A stretch of DNA of 64,000 bases, taken from Candidatus Kapaibacterium sp. GTDB lineage: Bacteria > Bacteroidota > Ignavibacteria > Kapaibacteriales > Kapaibacteriaceae. The notes beneath the pieces were generated by a model, which saw only the letters and a program-made list of their open reading frames with translations, was not told the DNA's origin and made no database searches. Position 1 is the stretch's first letter, and the number at the start of each line of letters is the position of its first letter. Shown one piece after another: positions 52,991 through 61,670 of the stretch. The DNA lies in the NCBI GenBank assembly GCA_018882585.1, contig VFFB01000004.1:5175-69174 (forward strand). The letters are read 5' to 3'. The translations under genes and the position numbers were made by a program.

Positions 52991-55410
52991 GAGCCGATGC
53001 TCAACAAGTTTGCCATCAGCTTCATGCCGCCGGGAACGCCGGCAGGTATCTGTCGGAACAGCGATAGCGCGCAGTACACGTAATGTCCCTTGCCATGCCG
53101 TGCATAGAGCAACGATCCGGAGTATGGCTGCTCGCCGGCATCGTGCATCGAGAGCAGTGCCTGATACTGCGCATCATAGCCGTCGGGGAAGTACAGTCCA
53201 CGCTCCTGCACCCATCCGGTAAAGTCAATGGCAGTAATGACATTGGGCTTCGTAAGCAATGCATGGTCAGGCTGCAGGATCGTAACCGCCGCATCCTCTT
53301 CCGTCACGCGTGCACGTGACAAGGGTAGGGGAAAGGGGCCGAGGTCCTTCGTGGACATGTCCTGTGTGGTCATGTACTGCATGACGACGGTGCCACCCTG
53401 TTCGACATAACGGTTCAGGGCGGGCATGAGATACTTCATGGAGGGGCGAACGTTGATGGCGCGGATGCCGACAAGGACGGCGTCGTAGCCAAGGAGCGTT
53501 TCGGTCTTGAGCAGAGCTTCGTCCGTGATCTCGTCGACGGTGACGCCCATGGAGCGCAGCCACTCGGGCGTATACTCTCCGGCGCCGGCAACGTAGGCAA
53601 TACGCTTCGCCGCGATCTTGATGGGCTCTGCAACCACACGCACCTCTGCCGGCTGCGTGTACTGCAGGGCAGGTATGTGGTCGTAGGTGATGGTGTTCAC
53701 CTGACGTGTAAATGTCGTGGTGCCGCGCGTGCCGCTTGTTTCCAGGCTGATACGTAGCGTCGACGTTCTGGTAACATTCGCATCAAGGGTGACCAGCGTA
53801 TCGGTCATCGCATGTACGGTAATGCCGCGCAAGCGCGCCACTTCACGTCCAGCGTCAGAGAGCACCAGCGCTGCATTGGCAACTGGCGCATACGCACGGA
53901 TGCGGGCTGTGATGCGGGCTGTGCCGGTCACGGCGGCCACAACGCGCGTCAGCGGTTCGATGCTCACGTCAGGCACGATACGAATTGCCTCGATAAGGTC
54001 GCCGCGCAGCGGGTCAAGCTTCTTGAAGCTCAGCGGCACCGATGTAACGATAGTGTCGACTCCGATAGCGAACCGCATCGTGACCGGCAAGGCCGAGGGT
54101 GTCACGGCTTCGCCGAGCAGTCGTTCGTCGGAGAGCGTAAAGAAGGCGTTCCGTGCATCCTTGGCAAGCCAGTACGGTTCCGTAACGGGAGTGGATGACG
54201 GAATCAATGCAGGAACCTGCAGTGTCACCAGGGAGTCGTGCGGACATGTCACGTTTGTGCGAACGGTGCCGTCGGGCCAGGTGACATCGGCAAGCGTGAT
54301 GCTGCGTCCGGCCCTTGTTGTCACCCGCAGGGTCGACGCTGCGGAATCACCTGCGCGGGCAATGGGTGTGGCAACGGTGACGTCGGCGGTGACACCAAGG
54401 CAGGACAGCAGGACGGCGTCGATCTCTCGGAGCTTCTGTGTGCGCCAGTACGTGTCGGCAATGCCAACGATCTTTCTTCGGATCTGCAGCAGGGCATCAA
54501 CGGACCTTGCGGGCTGCAGCATGTCGAATGTGTTCACAACGCCATCGATATCGCGTCCGATGTCGGCCCGTCCAACGCGTTGCCACGTCGTGTCGACGCC
54601 ATCGAACAGACTCTTCACAGGCGGTGCGCCGGCCCATGTCTTGAAGTGTTCCGGTTGCACGCCCGGCGTCTGCGGCGTCCCCGCCCCCTGACTTTTATGC
54701 AGCGATCGACTGATGCCGGCAAGCTCGCCATATCCCATGCCAAGAAGCGGGTCGTATTCGCCAACCTGCATCCTAAACATGTCGTCGGTGATGGTGCTGC
54801 GATTGCCGAATCGGAAGGCATTGAACAGCAGCCGCGTGGGCTTCCACGACGTGGGGTCGGCCATGCAGGAGGCGAATGCTTCTTCGGTCACGATGGCCGA
54901 TGCCGAGTGCTGACCGTGACCTGCCATCGAATCCTTGGGGAAGCGGCAGATCACGACGTCGGGACGCAGTGTGTTGATGATGCGTTTGACATCGTCAACC
55001 AGTTTTGCTTTGTCCCACTGACGAAATGTTTCGTCAGGATTCTTTGAGAAGCCGAAGTCGATGGGCCGGGCAAAGTACTGCTCGGCCCCATCGAGTGCGC
55101 GTGCGGCAAGAAGTTCGTGTGTGCGGATCAGGCCGAGGGCTGCGCCTTGTTCGCCGCCGATGATGTTCTGTCCACCGTCGCCGCGTGTGAGCGACAGGTA
55201 GCTTGTGCGGATATGCCGTCCGCGCGCGAGCCATGCCAGCAGACGCGTATTCTCGTCATCCGGGTGGGCAGCTACATAGAGCACCGACGTGAGCGTGCGA
55301 AGACGGATCAGGTCGCCGTAGATCTCGGCTGATGTCTTCGGTCGGAGTTGCTGGGCCACTGCCGTCGTGGCAAGCACCACGCTAAGGCAGCCAACGACAA
55401 GGTACCGCAT
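52987..55410 (-). CDS. Large PIG-L/LmbE-family N-acetylglucosaminyl deacetylase
   Basis: ATG 55410 lies 2 nt after the DUF2911 gene stop codon; the track start is GTG 55416. Signal peptide present. The LmbE zinc motif is LYVAAHPDDENTRLLAWL. A long C-terminal region of about 550 aa has unknown function. Confidence 0.85.
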   Translation of the reverse strand: MRYLVVGCLSVVLATTAVAQQLRPKTSAEIYGDLIRLRTLTSVLYVAAHPDDENTRLLAWLARGRHIRTSYLSLTRGDGGQNIIGGEQGAALGLIRTHELLAARALDGAEQYFARPIDFGFSKNPDETFRQWDKAKLVDDVKRIINTLRPDVVICRFPKDSMAGHGQHSASAIVTEEAFASCMADPTSWKPTRLLFNAFRFGNRSTITDDMFRMQVGEYDPLLGMGYGELAGISRSLHKSQGAGTPQTPGVQPEHFKTWAGAPPVKSLFDGVDTTWQRVGRADIGRDIDGVVNTFDMLQPARSVDALLQIRRKIVGIADTYWRTQKLREIDAVLLSCLGVTADVTVATPIARAGDSAASTLRVTTRAGRSITLADVTWPDGTVRTNVTCPHDSLVTLQVPALIPSSTPVTEPYWLAKDARNAFFTLSDERLLGEAVTPSALPVTMRFAIGVDTIVTSVPLSFKKLDPLRGDLIEAIRIVPDVSIEPLTRVVAAVTGTARITARIRAYAPVANAALVLSDAGREVARLRGITVHAMTDTLVTLDANVTRTSTLRISLETSGTRGTTTFTRQVNTITYDHIPALQYTQPAEVRVVAEPIKIAAKRIAYVAGAGEYTPEWLRSMGVTVDEITDEALLKTETLLGYDAVLVGIRAINVRPSMKYLMPALNRYVEQGGTVVMQYMTTQDMSTKDLGPFPLPLSRARVTEEDAAVTILQPDHALLTKPNVITAIDFTGWVQERGLYFPDGYDAQYQALLSMHDAGEQPYSGSLLYARHGKGHYVYCALSLFRQIPAGVPGGMKLMANLLSIGS

Positions 55411-55412
55411 AC

Positions 55413-56258
55413 TCACTTCAGTGTCTTGAGCAGATCGTTGGCATACTTGGTGTATTCGCCTTCGCCGGACGTGCCCTTGGCAAGATCCACGACCTTGGCA
55501 GCGGCTTCGCGAGCAACATTGTTGTTGCCGGCCTTGGCAGCGATACGGGCGCGCAGCATCTGGATCCAGTATGCCTTAGGATTCTTCTCGGCTGCCTTCG
55601 TTGCGTAGTCCAGAGCCTTATCGAGCTGCTGGCCGGTCTCGAACATGTACGTTGCTGCCTGCTGATAGGGGATGGACGGATTGTTGATGGCCTTGTCAAT
55701 GTTAGCCAGCAGGCGTTCCTGATTATCAGCGATGACGGGGATCGACACATGCGTGTTCTCCCATGCGATGTCGATGCTGCACGACGAGAACGTGATGTTG
55801 CCAATTCCGATCGTGAACGTTTCAACGGTTGGCGACGTGCTCGTGGGCTTCACCTTCAGACGGACGACGTCGTCCTTGGTGTCATAGCCGTTCGTTCCCC
55901 AGCTGCCGGTATTCGTGTTGAAGATGATCTCCCACTCGCTCTGACCAGGGATCGAATACAGCGAGTACGAGCCCGCCTTGACGCTCTTCCCACCGATCTG
56001 TACGTCTTCGCCAAAGGTCACCTTGGTGGCTGCGTTGGCTCCCGTGCGCCATACCTGACCGAACGGCACAAGGTCGCCAAAGACCTTACGGCCGCGCATT
56101 GACGGGCGGCTGTATGTGATCTCGACCTTCGATGTCGAGAAGTCCGACGAGACCGTCGACGAGGGCGACAGGGCAGGCAATTTGAGTTCCTGGGCTTGTG
56201 TGCCGGTAATGGCCATTATGCCAATGGCGACGGCGATGCACAGTGTTTTTGCAGTCAT
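55413..56258 (-). CDS. DUF2911 domain protein with C-terminal TPR-like helices
   Basis: Signal peptide present. The DUF2911 signature is YSRPSMRGRKVFGDLVPFGQVWRTGANAATKVTFGEDVQIGGKSVKAGSYSLYSIP. Confidence 0.85.
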   Translation of the reverse strand: MTAKTLCIAVAIGIMAITGTQAQELKLPALSPSSTVSSDFSTSKVEITYSRPSMRGRKVFGDLVPFGQVWRTGANAATKVTFGEDVQIGGKSVKAGSYSLYSIPGQSEWEIIFNTNTGSWGTNGYDTKDDVVRLKVKPTSTSPTVETFTIGIGNITFSSCSIDIAWENTHVSIPVIADNQERLLANIDKAINNPSIPYQQAATYMFETGQQLDKALDYATKAAEKNPKAYWIQMLRARIAAKAGNNNVAREAAAKVVDLAKGTSGEGEYTKYANDLLKTLK

Positions 56259-56295
56259 GATCCATCCTGTTTGGTAAATGTTGTATGTGGGAACA

Positions 56296-56303
56296 CAAAT
56301 CTA
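56296..56303 (-). promoter_or_regulatory. Candidate -7 promoter box (TAnnTTTG) for the DUF2911/PIG-L/SSF operon
   Basis: The minus strand reads TAGATTTG, 37 nt upstream of ATG 56258. Confidence 0.35.
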
Positions 56304-56365
56304 CCATGTTTCGTGCCGAGGCCGGAACAAGACTGTCGAAGGGTGTTCGTTCATCACCACAGGTC

Positions 56366-56427
56366 GCAAAATGGCGGCGCTAATGCCAAATTGCGTTGCA
56401 AAATGGCGGTAGTGGTGCCAAATTGCA
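56366..56427 (+). promoter_or_regulatory. Two tandem 30-bp operator-like units, each an imperfect dyad
   Basis: The units are GCAAAATGGCGG-cgctaa-TGCCAAATTGCG (56366-56395) and GCAAAATGGCGG-tagtgg-TGCCAAATTGCA (56398-56427). The flanks are conserved and the centre is variable. Within each unit GCAAAATGGC matches 8 of 10 positions of the reverse complement of GCCAAATTGC. The array ends 3 nt before ATG 56431. Confidence 0.5.
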
Positions 56428-56430
56428 GTC

Positions 56431-57567
56431 ATGAGAACAACACGGCACCGGATTTTTCAGCCTCCGACAGGATCGTTTTTTCTTTTTGGTCCAAGGGGCA
56501 CTGGAAAAACATTGTGGACGAGGAGCGCCTTCCCGGGCGCGTTGATGGTTGATCTGCTGGATCCTGTCGAGGCACGCACCATGGCCGCACGGCCGGAACG
56601 TCTGCGGGAACGGCTTGCAGCCGCAACGGCCGTGACCAATGTTGTGATCGATGAGGTGCAAAAAATGCCGGTCCTGTTGGAGATGGTGCACCAGATGATT
56701 GCTTCAGGATCGCCGTACCGATTCATCCTTACCGGTTCGAGTGCACGCAAACTGCGTCGGGGCGAGGTGAACCTCCTTGGCGGTCGCGCCATTCGATGCG
56801 TCATGCATCCGTACGTAGCCTCGGAACTGGGATCCGATTTCGAACTTGACCGAGCGCTGCGTATTGGCATGATTCCGGTTGTTGTGGAATCCGACGACCC
56901 GGAACAAACACTTCGGTCCTACGTTGCACTCTACATCTACGAGGAGGTGCTTTCTGAGGGACTTTCTCGTAATGCCGAACAGTTTGCCCGGTTCCTGGAA
57001 GCGATCAGCTTCTCGCATGCACAGGTCCTCAACGTCTCGAACGTTGCGCGAGACTGTGGCGTAAAACGCAAAACTGTCGAACACTCCATCGAGATTCTGG
57101 AAGATCTGATGTTGGGTAGTCGTTTGCCCGTCTTTACCCATCACGCGAAGCGTGAGGTTGTCTCGCATCCCAAATTCTATTTCTTCGACACAGGCGTGTA
57201 TCGAGCATTACGACCGTTTGGTCCATTGGACGACCGAACAGCAATCGACGGGCATGCCCTGGAAGGCTTGGTGGCCCAGCACCTACGTGCATACTGTGAT
57301 TATGCAGCCGACGGGCGTCGGCTATACTATTGGCGCACTCGCACCAATGTCGAGGTCGACTTCGTGGTATATGGCCCAGAGACCTTCATGGCAATCGAGG
57401 TGAAGAATGTCAACGAGGTCCGCCCAGCGGATGTACGCGGCTTACGGTCGTTCCTGGAGCTCTATCCTCAGGCACAGGCGACGCTGTTGTACCGCGGAGC
57501 AGAACGACTCAAGATGCACGGCATTATGATCGAACCGCTCACGCCATGGTTGCAGGCTCTGGTGTGA
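56431..57567 (+). CDS. AAA-family ATPase with DUF4143 C-terminal domain
   Basis: The Walker A motif is FGPRGTGKT. The Walker B-like motif is NVVIDEVQKMP. The C-terminal DUF4143-type region includes PKFYFFDTGVYRAL...GHALEGLV...YYWRT...EVDFV. It stands alone between operons in a visibly less GC-rich patch. Confidence 0.85.
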   Translation: MRTTRHRIFQPPTGSFFLFGPRGTGKTLWTRSAFPGALMVDLLDPVEARTMAARPERLRERLAAATAVTNVVIDEVQKMPVLLEMVHQMIASGSPYRFILTGSSARKLRRGEVNLLGGRAIRCVMHPYVASELGSDFELDRALRIGMIPVVVESDDPEQTLRSYVALYIYEEVLSEGLSRNAEQFARFLEAISFSHAQVLNVSNVARDCGVKRKTVEHSIEILEDLMLGSRLPVFTHHAKREVVSHPKFYFFDTGVYRALRPFGPLDDRTAIDGHALEGLVAQHLRAYCDYAADGRRLYYWRTRTNVEVDFVVYGPETFMAIEVKNVNEVRPADVRGLRSFLELYPQAQATLLYRGAERLKMHGIMIEPLTPWLQALV

Positions 57568-57664
57568 CCATACGCGATTTCTCGGTGTTTCCCAGCGCTT
57601 CGCGAGTGACAACCGCCGTACATCCTTCGTAATTTCGGAGGTGTTCCATTTGCACGCCACCACC

Positions 57665-58612
57665 ATGATCAGATCGCTCGTTGTTTTGCTGCTGCTGGCC
57701 GTCCAAGCCGCTTCGGCTGTCGAGGTAACGCTGGTGTTGTTGCCTCGTGCCAACGACGGGAGTGTGTTCGCACTTGGCCAGGTCTATCAAGGTCGTAGCG
57801 GCGGTGGCTTCTATCGTCCGGAGCTGCTGCGGTATTATATCTCGGGCATCACCGTACACCACGATGGTACATCGACACGTCTGATCGACCATTATCTGCT
57901 GGTTGACGTCAGCAAGTCCGATCGCTACTCGCTGGGAGATCTTGCCGTGCAGCGTATCGACTCCATCTCTTTCTCGATCGGTGTCGACATTGCCCATAAT
58001 CACCTCGATCCCGCATCATATCCAGACGGGCATCCGCTTGGCTACCAGGATCCGTCGATGCACTGGGGCTGGGAAAGCGGCTATCGCTTTGTTACGTACG
58101 AGGCAATGGCTGGCACGCAAGCCGATAAGCTGACGGCCATGATGCAGATCCACTCGGTCGATGACGCGTTGTACACGGGCCTCACTGTTCGTGCCGGTAG
58201 CACTCGTACCGAAGACGGCATCGACATCCCGCTTATCTGCAGCTATGAATACCTGCTTGAGTCCATCAACGTCAGTCGGGGACTTGTCAACCACAGCGCG
58301 CAGGGCGAGGCCATCACGCTCATGCAGAACATGGCTCGTCGCGTCTACTCCGGCGCTGTCGTCAGCTCTGTCAAGGAGCAGCACGACCTCGTCACGATCG
58401 CACCGAACCCTGCCAGCGATGTCATCGTGCTACCGACGGACGTGCGTCAGGCCACCATCATCGACATTGCCGGCAACGCCGTTGCAACAGCCAACCTGTC
58501 CGAAGGCGCCTCGCTCATGTCCGTCCACCACCTGCCCACAGGTATCTACGGCATCGTCATGCACCACGCCGATGCCCGCCGCACCCATGCTACCGTGGCC
58601 ATCAACAGGTAA
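57665..58612 (+). CDS. MbnP-family protein carrying a T9SS C-terminal sorting domain
   Basis: ATG 57665; alternative starts are TTG 57650, which lies 8 nt after GGAGG, and GTG 57641. MbnP-like blocks are FYRPELLRYYISGITVHHDGTS...YLLVD and DPSMHWGWESGYRFVTYE. The C-terminus IAPNPASDVIVLP...ATIIDIAGNAV...LPTGIYGIVMH...ATVAINR is a T9SS CTD. Confidence 0.6.
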   Translation: MIRSLVVLLLLAVQAASAVEVTLVLLPRANDGSVFALGQVYQGRSGGGFYRPELLRYYISGITVHHDGTSTRLIDHYLLVDVSKSDRYSLGDLAVQRIDSISFSIGVDIAHNHLDPASYPDGHPLGYQDPSMHWGWESGYRFVTYEAMAGTQADKLTAMMQIHSVDDALYTGLTVRAGSTRTEDGIDIPLICSYEYLLESINVSRGLVNHSAQGEAITLMQNMARRVYSGAVVSSVKEQHDLVTIAPNPASDVIVLPTDVRQATIIDIAGNAVATANLSEGASLMSVHHLPTGIYGIVMHHADARRTHATVAINR

Positions 58613-59603
58613 CAGGCTCATAAGGGGGCTTTGCGGTACCGTTGCTGCAGCGCTGGTTGCTGCAGGTTGTGCCGCCGACCCGGCTGCGCCGACGCAGCCG
58701 CAGGTGCTGGTCGACGTCCCGCCGGGATTTCCCGAGCAGATCGTGCCGGCCGACAACGCCACGACATCCGATCGCGTAGCCCTTGGCAAGATGCTGTTCC
58801 ACTCAACGCAGCTGTCGCGATTTCAGGACATATCCTGTGCGTCGTGCCATCTGTCGCAACATGCCTTTGCCGGCAACCGACCAGTCTCGCCCGGTACGGG
58901 CGGTGCCATGGGGACGCGCAATGCGCCATCACTTGCTAACGTTGGCTACTATCCGCATTTCATGCGCGAGGGCGGCGTGCCGACGCTTGAGCAGCAGATC
59001 GCCGTGCCGATCCAGGAGCATGCAGAGTTTGATTTCAACATGGTGCGTGCCGTAGACAGACTCAGGACTGACACGACGGTACAACGTATGGCTCAAGCGG
59101 CCTACGGCCGCGACTTGGACGCCTTTGTGCTGACGCGTGCAATCGCCGCATATGAGCGTACGCTTGTCAGCGGCCGCAGCCGCGCCGACGTCGGAACCCT
59201 CACGCCTGCCGAGCAGCGCGGTAAAGCGTTGTTCTTCTCGGATCGCACGTCGTGTTCGTCCTGTCACAGCGGCTTTCTGTACACGACCTTCGGCTTTGCC
59301 AACACGGGTATCCATGCTGCGTACACCGACCCTGGTCGCATGCGGATGACGGATGCAACGTCCGATTCAAACGTCTTCGTCATTCCCTCGCTGCGCATCG
59401 TGGCTGTCACTGCCCCTTACATGCATGATGGAAGCTATGCCACATTGCGCGACGTGATCGACAACTACAATGCCGGTGGTCATCCGCATGTCAACAAAGC
59501 TGCGGCCATACGTCCGCTTGGTCTGACGCGTGACGAGTGCGACGATATCGAGGCTTTTTTGCGTGCGCTGACCGACGAAACCTTTATCACCCGATCGCGA
59601 TGA
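58587..59603 (+). CDS. Di-haem cytochrome c peroxidase family lipoprotein (MbnH-like)
   Basis: There are two CxxCH haem motifs (SCASCHLSQHAF; SCSSCHSGFLY) and the PSLRIVAVTAPYMHDGS block. The lipobox is LVAAGC. The start is uncertain (ATG 58587 or 58572); both overlap the MbnP-like gene end. The track ORF 58161.. is an out-of-frame upstream extension. Confidence 0.8.
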   Translation: MLPWPSTGNRLIRGLCGTVAAALVAAGCAADPAAPTQPQVLVDVPPGFPEQIVPADNATTSDRVALGKMLFHSTQLSRFQDISCASCHLSQHAFAGNRPVSPGTGGAMGTRNAPSLANVGYYPHFMREGGVPTLEQQIAVPIQEHAEFDFNMVRAVDRLRTDTTVQRMAQAAYGRDLDAFVLTRAIAAYERTLVSGRSRADVGTLTPAEQRGKALFFSDRTSCSSCHSGFLYTTFGFANTGIHAAYTDPGRMRMTDATSDSNVFVIPSLRIVAVTAPYMHDGSYATLRDVIDNYNAGGHPHVNKAAAIRPLGLTRDECDDIEAFLRALTDETFITRSR

Positions 59604-60682
59604 GAACACTGTACTTCGCGCTGCCCATCGTGGCGGTGCTCATGATAGTCGGCTGTGGCGAAACGACCCAGCCGGTGCCGGATGTGGCGTACGACGCCAC
59701 GCCATATCAGCTATCCTACGGCAACCTTCCATCGCCCGACCTGCCAACGGACTATCCATTGACGGTACAGCGGGTAGCACTTGGTAGGGAACTTTTTTAC
59801 GATGGTGTGTTGTCGCGCACCGGCGAGCAGAGCTGCGCCTCATGTCATGTGCAGACTGACGGATTCTCGGATCTGCGTCGCTACAGCATAGGCGTGCGTG
59901 GCTTGCCTGGCAAGCGCCAGGCCATGGCGGTGATGAACCTTGCATGGCATCGCGACGGATTCTTCTGGGACGGACGTGCGGCCACGCTGCGTGAGCAGGC
60001 CTTGCATCCCATTCGCGACACGCTGGAGATGGACGAGACGCTCGACAACGTCGTGCGCAAACTCTTGGCCCTGCCAGCCTACACGCAGCAGTTCAAGCGC
60101 GCCTTCGGTAGTGATACCATCACGGCAGAACGCATCGGTATCGCTCTGGAGCAGTTCATGATGTCGGTTGTGTCTACGAACAGCAAGCTCGATCGAGTGC
60201 GGCGCGGCGAGGAAACGTTCACGGAATCTGAGTTACGGGGCAGTCAGATCTTCAACAGGGAGTTTGATCCACGTGGCCGGTGGAAGGGTGGCGAGTGTTT
60301 TCATTGTCATGCCGAACCCTTCTTTACCAACGATCGCTACATCAACAACGGTCTGGATGACGACGCGTCTGTCACCGACCAAGGACGGTTCCGCATTACG
60401 GGGGTGCCGCGCGACATGGCTGCGTTCAAGGTCCCGTCGTTGCGCAACATTGCCGTCACCGCCCCCTACATGCACGACGGACGATTTGCGACGTTAGAAG
60501 AGGTGATCGATCACTACAATGTTGGCGTGAAGCGATCGCTTTCGGTCGATCCGCTCTTGCAGTACAATATGCAGGTAGGTGGACTGGGGCTGAATGAGCA
60601 AGACAAGGCCGATCTGGTGGCCTTCATGAAGACACTGACCGACGACGCATTCCTGAAGGATCCGGCGTACGCGAAGCCATAA
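59600..60682 (+). CDS. Second di-haem cytochrome c peroxidase family lipoprotein
   Basis: ATG 59600 overlaps the upstream stop (ATGA). The lipobox is LMIVGC. Haem motifs are SCASCHVQTDGF and ECFHCHAEPFF. It also has PSLRNIAVTAPYMHDGRF. Confidence 0.85.
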   Translation: MRTLYFALPIVAVLMIVGCGETTQPVPDVAYDATPYQLSYGNLPSPDLPTDYPLTVQRVALGRELFYDGVLSRTGEQSCASCHVQTDGFSDLRRYSIGVRGLPGKRQAMAVMNLAWHRDGFFWDGRAATLREQALHPIRDTLEMDETLDNVVRKLLALPAYTQQFKRAFGSDTITAERIGIALEQFMMSVVSTNSKLDRVRRGEETFTESELRGSQIFNREFDPRGRWKGGECFHCHAEPFFTNDRYINNGLDDDASVTDQGRFRITGVPRDMAAFKVPSLRNIAVTAPYMHDGRFATLEEVIDHYNVGVKRSLSVDPLLQYNMQVGGLGLNEQDKADLVAFMKTLTDDAFLKDPAYAKP

Positions 60683-60872
60683 GGGGCGGCTCTGCCGGAA
60701 TGGATCGTGCTGATCCCGTCTGCATGCAGCCAACCACCGTCGTTTTACCATGCTCTTGCGCCTGATTTTCTTCCGATATTTGGGCGCTTCCCGTCCAGTA
60801 TTGGCATGACAGATCGCGTGCTCACCGAGGCGTTGATCCAGTCGGAGGACGTTCACATCTTTTCGGCTATCG

Positions 60873-61670
60873 ATGCCTCGAACCCTCTCGCAACAGCAAC
60901 GGCACATCCGTCAGAAGCTTCTTAGACTCTACTACGGAGCGTCATGTGGACACATTGCTTGTTCGCTCAGTTGCATTGATATCGTTCAGGCGGCCTATTC
61001 GTGGAAGGCAGCAAGCGAAGAGTTTATCTTGTCGAAGGGACACGCTGCCGGTGCGATGTATGTCGTTCTGAATGCACTTGGCCGAATTTCAGATGAACAG
61101 CTGACCTCATTCTACAAGGATGGTACGAAACTCGCAGCTCATCCATCGGCAGGTACGAGCAGAGACATTCCGTTTGCCTTGGGGTCGCTTGGGCATGGGT
61201 TGCCCATTGCGACAGGTATTGCATACGGCAAGAACCATGTAGGACTGGCTGACAGAACCTTTGTCTTAATGTCTGATGGCGAAACGAACGAGGGCACGAC
61301 GTGGGAGGCAGCACATTTTGCTGTGCGGAATAGCCTTAGCGGATTGTTCGTGATCATCGATAAAAACGGTCTGCAGGGATTCGGCCGGACGAGCGACGTG
61401 CTTGGGGACACAGCCGATCCTGCAGTGTGGCGAGCCATGGGCTTTCGTGTGATCGAGGGCGACGGCCACAATGAAGCATTCCTGAAGTCCTTTATGGACG
61501 AGACACGTCCTGATGCGGACGGAAGACCAACCGTTCTCATTGCCAACACGGTGAAAGGTTGTGGCGTGCCGTATATGGAAGATAAACTCGAATGGCATTA
61601 TCTGCCGATGAATAAGGAGTTGTTCGACGATGCCATGACATACCTCGAGGAGTCTGGCCATGCGGAATGA
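60873..61670 (+). CDS. Transketolase, N-terminal (thiamine-diphosphate-binding) subunit
   Basis: 265 aa. Matches are GHIACSLSCIDIV, LSKGHAAGAMY, GSLGHGLPIATGIA and the ThDP motif region VLMSDGETNEGTTWEA. Confidence 0.85.
   Translation: MPRTLSQQQRHIRQKLLRLYYGASCGHIACSLSCIDIVQAAYSWKAASEEFILSKGHAAGAMYVVLNALGRISDEQLTSFYKDGTKLAAHPSAGTSRDIPFALGSLGHGLPIATGIAYGKNHVGLADRTFVLMSDGETNEGTTWEAAHFAVRNSLSGLFVIIDKNGLQGFGRTSDVLGDTADPAVWRAMGFRVIEGDGHNEAFLKSFMDETRPDADGRPTVLIANTVKGCGVPYMEDKLEWHYLPMNKELFDDAMTYLEESGHAE

Noticed and set aside
58161-58586. Possible programmed frameshift or fusion between the MbnP-like gene and the first peroxidase (the track ORF runs 58161..59603)
   Set aside because: The upstream 140 codons are Ser/Thr/Pro/Arg-rich translation of the MbnP gene in another frame. 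The peroxidase has its own Met and lipoprotein signal (…LVAAGC) beginning at 58572 or 58587.
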